Assembly (NCBI RefSeq): GCF_937958655.1 | Contig: NZ_CALGNH010000025.1 | Span: 31,622 to 95,621 of the forward strand | DNA: 64,000 nucleotides | Direction: 5' to 3' | DNA from: an uncultured Winogradskyella sp. | GTDB taxonomy: Bacteria; Bacteroidota; Bacteroidia; Flavobacteriales; Flavobacteriaceae | Shown: positions 18,830 through 26,567 of the stretch, in pieces | Position numbering within the stretch: position 1 is the stretch's first letter | Layout: each line of letters opens with the position of its first letter | Notes under the pieces: model-generated | The model's input: the letters and a program-made list of their open reading frames with translations, nothing else | What the model was told of the DNA's origin: nothing | The model's database searches: none | Position numbers and translations under genes: made by a program

Positions 18830-20710
18830 TTAATTTATTTTCAATATAAAGGATTCCAAGGGTTTAATATCTATCCTAACGGTTCCTTTTCCGTTTTCAA
18901 TTTTTAATTTTGATTGATACGTGTTATATAGCTGGTCTTCAACCATATAAACACCTTCTTTAAGTTTTAGTTTTAGTGTTAGATCTTCTGGCAACTGTAA
19001 ATCAAAACCATACGTGTTTTCTGCATTAAAATTTGAAATGATAATAAGTTGTTCATTAGCACTCCAACGCACAAAAGACAGGACCTTATCATTGTACCAT
19101 TCGGTATGCTGCTGATTATAGTGGTGAATATCTTGATAATTACCCATTAGGGCTTCACTAGCTATTGTAAAATTGAGTAACCGTTTGTAGAAATCTCTTA
19201 GGTTTTTTTCGTCTTTGGTTAATTGCCCACCATCAAACTTTTTATCATTTACCCAACGCACTACACTTGGTACGGAACCATAATCGAAAATCGAAGTTCT
19301 GGTTGGGTCTCCAAAACCTAAATCTTCTTGGGCAGCTTCACCAAACTCTTGTCCAAAATAGATCATAGTTGGTGCGGTAGTAGATGTTGCTGAGACCACC
19401 ATAGCCGGCTTTCCTTTATCTGCACTGCCTGCAAAATCTGGACTCGCAATGCGTTGCTCATCATGGTTTTCTAAAAAATGTAGCATGTGATGCTCTATAT
19501 CACTTAACTCATCTAAAATGGGTGGAATAGCATTGGTGCTCCCATAGCCTTGCATAACGTGCTTAAGTGTATCGTATAGCTGAACTTTATCATAAAGATA
19601 ATCCATTTTACCTTTCTTAATATAATCACGGTACAAGTGTGGTTGATAGACTTCTGCTAACAAGAAGGCATCTGGATTTTTGGTTTTTATATGCGAATTC
19701 ATATAACTCCAAAACTCAACAGGCACCATTTCTGCCATATCAAATCTAAATCCGTCCACACCTTTATCGGTCCAATACAGAGCAATATCCTTAAATTTTA
19801 CCCAAGAGCTTGGCACGGTTTTATCTTGCCAAAATTTATAATGTTTTTTGTAATCTTCGTTATCGTATCCTTCTGGTAATTCATCAAAATCCTTTTTTCC
19901 ATCGGGATCGACGCCGTAATTTACTTTTACGGTTTCGTACCAATCATTCATATTGGGTTGTGAGGCTCTAGATCCATTACCGGTCCATTTTGCTGGGTTT
20001 TCTTCAAATAATCCATCAGCCATTGGGTGGCTTTTACCTCCAAGTGGTTGGTAACCGTTTTCCCAATTTGGTAATTTGAATGCTTCTCCTGGATTGTAAT
20101 AAAAGTTATTGTTAACATGGTATTGAAGTGAAGTGTCATCATCAGCTCCAAAATCCGTAATTCCAACTGGATTGGTTAAACTTTGGTAATTACGTGCCAC
20201 ATGATTTGGAACAATATCGATAATTAATTTTAACCCTGCTTTGTGTGTTCGCGTAATTAAAGCTTCAAACTCTTGTAATCTGTTTTCTACGCTTTCTGCT
20301 AAATCCGGATTTACATTGTAATAGTCTTTTACCGCATACGGAGAACCTGCTCTACCCTTTACAATATCTGGATCGTCATTACTTATTCCATATTGAGAAT
20401 AATCTGTGATTACATTATGATGCGGTACACCTGTATACCAAATATGTGTTACACCTAAGTCTTTAATTTCTGAAAGTGCTTTATCTGTAAAGTCATTAAA
20501 TTTTCCTACACCATTTTCTTTAAGCGTTCCCCAAGGTTTATTGTTAGTATTTGTGTTGCCAAATAATCTTGTAAATACCTGATAAACCACTTCTTTTTTC
20601 TTCATTTTTAATTTAATTACTTGTGCTTTAGGCAATGTTTTTATATGTTTTTTACACGCACTAAACGTTATTAAAACAATTGCTATGTAAATTATTTTAG
20701 CAGATTTCAT
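18830..20710 (-). CDS. GH13 alpha-amylase family lipoprotein (second paralogue)
   Basis: The signal ends ..TFSAC. GH13 regions: DIVPNHVA, GFRFDMAEM, LAEVY, FLENHDE. Confidence 0.85.
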   Translation of the reverse strand: MKSAKIIYIAIVLITFSACKKHIKTLPKAQVIKLKMKKKEVVYQVFTRLFGNTNTNNKPWGTLKENGVGKFNDFTDKALSEIKDLGVTHIWYTGVPHHNVITDYSQYGISNDDPDIVKGRAGSPYAVKDYYNVNPDLAESVENRLQEFEALITRTHKAGLKLIIDIVPNHVARNYQSLTNPVGITDFGADDDTSLQYHVNNNFYYNPGEAFKLPNWENGYQPLGGKSHPMADGLFEENPAKWTGNGSRASQPNMNDWYETVKVNYGVDPDGKKDFDELPEGYDNEDYKKHYKFWQDKTVPSSWVKFKDIALYWTDKGVDGFRFDMAEMVPVEFWSYMNSHIKTKNPDAFLLAEVYQPHLYRDYIKKGKMDYLYDKVQLYDTLKHVMQGYGSTNAIPPILDELSDIEHHMLHFLENHDEQRIASPDFAGSADKGKPAMVVSATSTTAPTMIYFGQEFGEAAQEDLGFGDPTRTSIFDYGSVPSVVRWVNDKKFDGGQLTKDEKNLRDFYKRLLNFTIASEALMGNYQDIHHYNQQHTEWYNDKVLSFVRWSANEQLIIISNFNAENTYGFDLQLPEDLTLKLKLKEGVYMVEDQLYNTYQSKLKIENGKGTVRIDIKPLESFILKIN

Positions 20711-20804
20711 TACTACGTTGTTTATATAAAGACTAGAGATTTATTTCATCTTTCGCCCAAGCTATGGCCAAATACTTTGAACTTGTTAGTTTAGAAATAG
20801 TATC

Positions 20805-23120
20805 TTATTTCATTTTTACTGCTGCGTCTTTATCTGGAGACACTAAAACTGATTCGGAATTTACTACTATTTCTAAATCCTGAGTACCGCTTATTTTAAA
20901 ATTAATTGTAGTCTTAGAAACCTCAACGCTCAATATTTGATGTCTAAAATTTACCTTAAAAGAATACCCTTCCCACTCATTTGGTATTCTAGGCTCAAAG
21001 GTAAGTTTATCGTTTAGTACACGCATACCACCAAAGCCTTCTACAATACTCATCCATGTCCCAGCCATAGAGGTAATATGCAAACCTTCGTGCACCTCGT
21101 GGTTGTAATCATCTAAATCTAACCGAGAGGTTCTTAAATAAAATTTATAAGCCTGATCCATTCTATTTAGTTTTGCCGCCTGTATGCTATGTACGCATGG
21201 CGACAATGAACTTTCGTGAACGGTGAAGGGCTCATAAAAATCAAAATGTCGTTCTAGTTCTTCTGTACTAAAATGGTCTTCAAAAAAGTAAAAGCCTTGA
21301 AGCGTGTCTGCTTGTTTTATATAGGGTGAGCGAAGAATCCGATCCCATGACCATTTTTGATTAATTGGTCGTTGTGACTTATCTAAATCCGCAACGGTTA
21401 TTAACTCCTTATCTAAAAAGCCATCTTGCTGTAAGTAAACATTGTGCTTTTCTGAAAATGGAAAATACATGCTATCTGCTACCTTAGACCACTGTACCAA
21501 TTCATTATCAGAAAGGTTTGTTTTACCAATAACTCGCTTGTAATCTTCTTTATAGCCTTCCTTAACTTTATTTAAAATCTCTAATGTATAATCAATGCAC
21601 CATTTGGCGATGTAATTAGTGTACCAGTTGTTATTTATATTATTTTCGTATTCGTTAGGTCCTGTGACACCTAATATTACATATTTATCTTTATCGGTTG
21701 AAAATGTAGCTCTTTGATGCCAAAATCTTGCGATACCAATTAACACTTCTAAGCCCATTTCTGGTATGTAACTAAAATCTCCTGTAAAACGGTAATAGTT
21801 GAATATTGCAAAAGCAATAGCTCCGTTTCTGTGGATTTCTTCAAAGGTAATTTCCCATTCGTTATGGCATTCTTCTCCATTCATGGTTACCATTGGGTAT
21901 AATGCAGCTCCGTTTTTAAAACCAAGTTTTTCTGCATTTTCTATAGCCTTACCTAAGTGTTTATATCTGTACGTCAATAGATTACGTGCCACACTTTGGT
22001 CCTTGGTTGCCATGTAGAATGGTATGCAATAGGCTTCTGTATCCCAATAGGTGCTACCTCCATATTTTTCACCAGTAAAGCCTTTTGGCCCTATGTTTAA
22101 TTGCGGATCTTTACCCAAGTAGGTTTGATTTAGGTGAAAAATATTAAATCGGATACCTTGCTGAGCTTTTACATCTCCATGAATAGTGATATCTGCCATA
22201 TCCCAAATTTTAGCCCAGGCTGCTTTTTGGGCTTTTAAAAGGGTTAAAAACCCTGCACTAATTGCTTTATCTAAAACAGTATTTGCTGCAGTAATTAATT
22301 CATCTTTATCATGATTTCTATCCACGGTATAACCACCAAATTTTTGAATGGTTAGCGTCTCACCACATTTAACGTCTAAGGAATAAATAAGTGCAACGTG
22401 TGTGGATGAGGCGTTTTCTAAAGGTTTTACAGAGCATGCCTTACCGTTTATAAAAATTTTCGATTCCATATACGTGCAGGTATAGAAATCGGTTTTCATA
22501 GTTTTTGCCATTATATAGGCACGCTCATTTTCATGAGATACGTTTAGAAGATCCCAAAATTTATCGTCCCAATTAGAATCTTCGTTGGTTATGGCACCAT
22601 CTATATATGGCTGATATACTACTTTAGCATCTTTATTTAAAAGTGTTACAGAGTACTCAATAGCACCCATTTCATCTAAATCTAGGCTTAAAAAGCGTTT
22701 GGTATTGACTTCAATTTCAATATCATTTTGTAGTGTAGCTTTAAAACTTCGAGAGAGCCAACCTTCTTTCATATTGAGTTCTCTTCTAAAATTTTCAACG
22801 TTCTTGCAGGTATTTAAATCTAATTCTACATCATCAATGTGCACATTAATACCAATCCAATTGGGTGCGTTAAGTACTTTAGCAAAATATTCTGGGTACC
22901 CGTTTTTCCACCAACCAACTCTAGTTTTATCTGGGTAATATACACCTGCGATGTAACTGCCTTGAAATGTAGGCCCTGAAAATTTTTCTTCAAAATTAGC
23001 ACGTTGTCCCATGGCGCCATTGCCTATGCTGAATAAACTTTCTGATGCTTTAATTGTATCTGTATTAAAGCCTTTTTCTATAATTGACCACTCATTGGGT
23101 ATGATGTAATCTAAATTCAT
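20805..23120 (-). CDS. GH65 glycoside phosphorylase (maltose phosphorylase-like)
   Basis: 771 aa. The GH65-like catalytic region includes VTGPNEYENNINNNWYTNY. It lies immediately downstream of beta-phosphoglucomutase, the classical partner. Confidence 0.85.
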   Translation of the reverse strand: MNLDYIIPNEWSIIEKGFNTDTIKASESLFSIGNGAMGQRANFEEKFSGPTFQGSYIAGVYYPDKTRVGWWKNGYPEYFAKVLNAPNWIGINVHIDDVELDLNTCKNVENFRRELNMKEGWLSRSFKATLQNDIEIEVNTKRFLSLDLDEMGAIEYSVTLLNKDAKVVYQPYIDGAITNEDSNWDDKFWDLLNVSHENERAYIMAKTMKTDFYTCTYMESKIFINGKACSVKPLENASSTHVALIYSLDVKCGETLTIQKFGGYTVDRNHDKDELITAANTVLDKAISAGFLTLLKAQKAAWAKIWDMADITIHGDVKAQQGIRFNIFHLNQTYLGKDPQLNIGPKGFTGEKYGGSTYWDTEAYCIPFYMATKDQSVARNLLTYRYKHLGKAIENAEKLGFKNGAALYPMVTMNGEECHNEWEITFEEIHRNGAIAFAIFNYYRFTGDFSYIPEMGLEVLIGIARFWHQRATFSTDKDKYVILGVTGPNEYENNINNNWYTNYIAKWCIDYTLEILNKVKEGYKEDYKRVIGKTNLSDNELVQWSKVADSMYFPFSEKHNVYLQQDGFLDKELITVADLDKSQRPINQKWSWDRILRSPYIKQADTLQGFYFFEDHFSTEELERHFDFYEPFTVHESSLSPCVHSIQAAKLNRMDQAYKFYLRTSRLDLDDYNHEVHEGLHITSMAGTWMSIVEGFGGMRVLNDKLTFEPRIPNEWEGYSFKVNFRHQILSVEVSKTTINFKISGTQDLEIVVNSESVLVSPDKDAAVKMK

Positions 23121-23160
23121 TTAATTAGTATCGTTTATTGTGTAATTTTTATACACTATT

Positions 23161-23817
23161 TTATTTTGATATTAGTGAATCAATAAATGCATTGGAGATT
23201 TCTGTAAAGTCGTTAAATACATGCTTGGCATGTCCTAAAATAGCAGAATTTCCTATACCAATCGAAACCATATTTGCAGCATTAGCCGCCTTTACTCCTG
23301 CAACTGAATCCTCAAAAACAACACAATCTTCTGGATTAACATTTAAGAGCTTTGCAGCAATTATAAAAACTTCTGGATCTGGTTTGGCTTTACTCACATC
23401 ATTACCATCAACTATGGCATTAAAGTGATGTTTTAAATTAACACGCTCTAAAATTGCACGTGCATTTTTACTAGCCGAACCTAAAGCAATGGATTGCTCT
23501 AAACCCTTTAATGTGTTAAGCACCCTTGGTACATCTGGTAATATTTCTTGCGTATCCATTGCAGAAATATACTGTAAATAGTCGTTATTTTTAGCTTCCA
23601 TTAGCTCAGAAAACTGAGTTTGGGAAATGGTTTTATTTCCCCAAGACAATATCTTTTCTAAGGATCTCACCCTACTTACACCTTTAAGTTGTTCATTTTC
23701 GTGCTCGGTAAAATCTATACCTAATTGATTTGCTAGTTTTTTCCACGCCAAAAAGTGGTACTTAGCTGTGTCTACGATAACACCATCTAAATCGAATATA
23801 AATCCTTTTGTTTTCAT
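23161..23817 (-). CDS. pgmB: Beta-phosphoglucomutase (HAD family)
   Basis: 218 aa. HAD motif I is FDLDGVIVDT. The context is upstream of a GH65 phosphorylase. Confidence 0.85.
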   Translation of the reverse strand: MKTKGFIFDLDGVIVDTAKYHFLAWKKLANQLGIDFTEHENEQLKGVSRVRSLEKILSWGNKTISQTQFSELMEAKNNDYLQYISAMDTQEILPDVPRVLNTLKGLEQSIALGSASKNARAILERVNLKHHFNAIVDGNDVSKAKPDPEVFIIAAKLLNVNPEDCVVFEDSVAGVKAANAANMVSIGIGNSAILGHAKHVFNDFTEISNAFIDSLISK

Positions 23818-23955
23818 GTAAAATCTGGGTTATTGAAATCTAAAATACAGATTGTATTTAGTACTGCTAAGCTAATAGGATTTATTAATTCTTCAAAACA
23901 TATCATAGAATTTTAAAGACACTGCATTCATCCTTTATTTTAATTAATTTTAACT

Positions 23956-24390
23956 ATGAAAACAATCCTAAAGTATCTTATAATTGTAATGCTTTTAAAT
24001 TCCTATAGCTGTCTTACGGCTCAAAACTTAAAACAGCACCAATGGAAACATAGGGTGGTATTGATTTTTTCTAAGACGTCTGAGTCTACCAACTTTAAAA
24101 AGCAATCTCAGATTTTTAGTAATACTACCAAAGGCTTTAGAGACAGAAAGCTAATTGTTTATGAAGTTTTACCTAAAATGTATAGAATTAAAACTAAAAA
24201 ATATGAATGGAAAACATCAGAGCATTTATACAAAAACTATAATAACGACGCTTTTAATTTTAAGGTTGTTTTGATAGGTGTAGATGGCACTATTAAATTT
24301 GAAAGTTTTGAGGTAGTATCAATTTTGACCCTATTTAATAAGATAGATAAAATGTCAATGCGTCAATCTGAGATGAAAAACAAAAACTAA
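23956..24390 (+). CDS. Secreted DUF4174-like protein
   Basis: Signal peptide present. HRVVLIF.., VVLIGVDGTIKF and the C-terminal IDKMSMRQSEM match the DUF4174 pattern. Confidence 0.6.
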   Translation: MKTILKYLIIVMLLNSYSCLTAQNLKQHQWKHRVVLIFSKTSESTNFKKQSQIFSNTTKGFRDRKLIVYEVLPKMYRIKTKKYEWKTSEHLYKNYNNDAFNFKVVLIGVDGTIKFESFEVVSILTLFNKIDKMSMRQSEMKNKN

Positions 24391-24435
24391 AATGAACAAA
24401 AAAAGCTTCAGTATTAAACTGAAGCTCTCGAATTG

Positions 24436-24517
24436 TACAGGCGGCGAGACTCGAACTCGCACACCTCGCGGCACTAGATCCTAAGTCTAGCGTGTCTACC
24501 AATTCCACCACGCCTGC
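24436..24517 (-). tRNA. tRNA-Leu (anticodon TAG)
   Basis: The reverse complement reads GCAGGCG-TG-GTGGAATTGGTAGACAC-GCTAGACTTAGGATCTAGT-(long variable arm GCCGCGAGGTGTG)-CGAGTTCGAGTCTCG-CGCCTGT-A. It has a 7-bp acceptor stem, anticodon loop CTTAGGA and T-loop TTCGAGT. CCA is not encoded. Confidence 0.9.
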
Positions 24518-24595
24518 AAAAGGTTTGCAAATATAAACAATACTTTATAATTTCAAACAGCAATTAATCAAAGAATTATTAGGCTTACTTTTTCT

Positions 24596-24603
24596 TACTT
24601 TTG
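24596..24603 (+). promoter_or_regulatory. Candidate -7 promoter box (TACTTTTG) for the M20 dipeptidase gene
   Basis: Exact TAnnTTTG match, 19 nt upstream of the ATG at 24623. Confidence 0.4.
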
Positions 24604-24622
24604 TTAGAAATCAGAACTTATT

Positions 24623-26011
24623 ATGCAAAATATAAATATATATATCCAACAACACAAGCAACGCTTTATAGATGAGCTTATTGCACTTTTAAAGATTCCA
24701 TCCATTAGTGCAGATTCTGCCTATAAAGCTGACGTATTAAAAACGGCTGATGCTATAAAAACAAGTTTAGAGACTGCCGGCTGCGATTATGTAGAAGTTT
24801 GTGAGACTGATGGTTATCCCATTGTTTATTCAGAAAAAATAATAGATAAAAACTTACCTACTGTTTTAGTTTACGGCCACTACGACGTACAACCACCAGA
24901 CCCTTTAGATTTATGGAACTCACCACCTTTTGAGCCCGTAGTTCAGGCGACAGAGAAGCACCCTGATGGTGCCATATTTGCCAGAGGAGCTTGTGACGAT
25001 AAGGGCCAAATGTACATGCACGTAAAAGCTTTAGAGTACATGACCAAGAACAACGAATTACCCTGCAACGTTAAATTTATGATTGAAGGTGAAGAAGAGG
25101 TAGGTAGTAAAAATTTGGGCGTTTTTGTCGCTAATAATAGAGAAAAACTAGAGAATGATGTCATCCTCATTTCTGATACCGGAATGATTGCCAAAGATGT
25201 ACCATCAATCACAACAGGGCTTAGAGGTCTTAGTTATGTTGAAGTCGAAGTCACAGGGCCAAATAGAGATTTACACTCTGGTTTATATGGTGGAGCCGTT
25301 GCCAATCCAATAAATGTATTAACTAAAATGATTGCATCGCTTCATGATGAAAATAAACATATTACCATACCAGGTTTTTATGATAAGGTTGAAAATTTGT
25401 CTGATGCAGAACGTGCCGAAATGGCCAAAGCACCTTTCTCATTAGAAGCCTATAAAAAAGCTTTGGATATTGATGCCGTTTATGGTGAAGAAGGCTATAC
25501 TACTAATGAGCGTAATTCTATTCGGCCAACCTTAGATGTCAATGGTATTTGGGGAGGCTATACTGGTGAAGGTGCAAAAACTGTGATTGCCAGTAAAGCC
25601 TATGCCAAAATTTCTATGCGATTAGTGCCCAACCAAGATTGGGAAGAGATCACCGAATTATTTAAATCACATTTTGAAAGTATAGCTCCAGCAGGAGTGA
25701 AGGTAAAAGTAACACCACACCATGGTGGTCAAGGCTATGTAACACCAATTGATAGTATTGGATATAAAGCGGCTTCAAAAGCTTATAAACAAACCTTTGG
25801 CAAAACGCCAATTCCGCAGCGCAGTGGTGGCAGCATTCCTATAGTATCACTTTTTGAAAAGGAACTAAAAAGTAAAACCATTTTAATGGGCTTTGGTTTA
25901 GATAGCGATGCTATTCACTCACCAAATGAGCATTTTGGGATTTGGAATTATTTGAAAGGTATAGAAACCATTCCTTATTTCTATAAATATTTTACGGAAT
26001 TGAAGACATAG
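24623..26011 (+). CDS. M20-family metallodipeptidase
   Basis: 462 aa. Motifs: VYGHYDVQP, ARGACDDKGQ, EGEEEVGS. Confidence 0.8.
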   Translation: MQNINIYIQQHKQRFIDELIALLKIPSISADSAYKADVLKTADAIKTSLETAGCDYVEVCETDGYPIVYSEKIIDKNLPTVLVYGHYDVQPPDPLDLWNSPPFEPVVQATEKHPDGAIFARGACDDKGQMYMHVKALEYMTKNNELPCNVKFMIEGEEEVGSKNLGVFVANNREKLENDVILISDTGMIAKDVPSITTGLRGLSYVEVEVTGPNRDLHSGLYGGAVANPINVLTKMIASLHDENKHITIPGFYDKVENLSDAERAEMAKAPFSLEAYKKALDIDAVYGEEGYTTNERNSIRPTLDVNGIWGGYTGEGAKTVIASKAYAKISMRLVPNQDWEEITELFKSHFESIAPAGVKVKVTPHHGGQGYVTPIDSIGYKAASKAYKQTFGKTPIPQRSGGSIPIVSLFEKELKSKTILMGFGLDSDAIHSPNEHFGIWNYLKGIETIPYFYKYFTELKT

Positions 26012-26082
26012 AGTTGTTGTCAATATTTCCTAAAGCCTTAGGAGGCTATAGTCTAATACAATTTACAAACTTAGTAATTGAG

Positions 26083-26107
26083 ATTCTGAAATAAATTCAG
26101 AATGACA
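26083..26107. repeat. REP-like palindrome ATTCTGAAATAAATTCAGAAT(GACA)
   Basis: Perfect 8-bp arms. Related copies lie at 45294..45314 (ATCCTGAAACAAGTTCAGGAT), 49660..49677 and inside 29306..29347. Confidence 0.6.
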
Positions 26108-26133
26108 ACGGTTTAGATGATACTAATTTTTAT

Positions 26134-26179
26134 ACTCTACACTTGTAGAATTAAAATTATTACTCTACATTTGTAGAGT
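26134..26179 (+). promoter_or_regulatory. Two BlaI/CopY-type operator dyads (TACAnnTGTA) overlapping the blaI-like promoter
   Basis: CTCTACAcTTGTAGAa lies at 26135..26150 and the perfect CTCTACAttTGTAGAG at 26163..26178. The second dyad contains TACATTTG (a TAnnTTTG -7 box), 26 nt upstream of the ATG. Confidence 0.7.
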
Positions 26180-26199
26180 TAATTCTAAATATGTAAAGT

Positions 26200-26565
26200 A
26201 TGGAACTTTCTAAAACCGAAGAACAATTAATGCAATACCTCTGGAAGCTTGAAAAAGCCTTTATGAAGGATTTGCTTGATAGTTACCCAGAACCAAAGCC
26301 TGCAACCACTACTGTAGCCACCTTACTTAAACGTATGATCGGTAAAGGCTTCGTAGATTATAAAACGTATGGTAAGTTGCGCGAATATTTCCCCTTGGTA
26401 AAGAAAGAAGACTACTTTTCTAAACACGTTAATGGATTAATTAAAACATTTTTTAACGATAGTGCGTCTCAGTTTGCTTCGTTCTTTACACGTAAAACAG
26501 ATTTAACAAAAGAAGAACTAGAGGAATTAAAATCCATCATAGACAAAGAACTAAAAAATAAGTGA
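26200..26565 (+). CDS. BlaI/MecI/CopY-family transcriptional repressor
   Basis: 121 aa winged-helix protein (LSKTEEQLMQYLW..TTVATLLKRM..). It is immediately followed by the M56 sensor-protease gene (3 nt to its chosen ATG at 26568; 4-nt overlap only with the alternative GTG at 26562). Confidence 0.85.
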   Translation: MELSKTEEQLMQYLWKLEKAFMKDLLDSYPEPKPATTTVATLLKRMIGKGFVDYKTYGKLREYFPLVKKEDYFSKHVNGLIKTFFNDSASQFASFFTRKTDLTKEELEELKSIIDKELKNK

Positions 26566-26567
26566 TT

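Noticed and set aside
23138-23428. Plus-strand ORF antisense to pgmB
   Set aside because: It is a shadow of the HAD-family gene and shows no motifs.
24391-24622. tRNA-Leu as an integration hotspot or genomic-island boundary
   Set aside because: No integrase, no duplicated tRNA 3' half and no direct repeat was found on either side. The flanking genes look like ordinary chromosomal genes.
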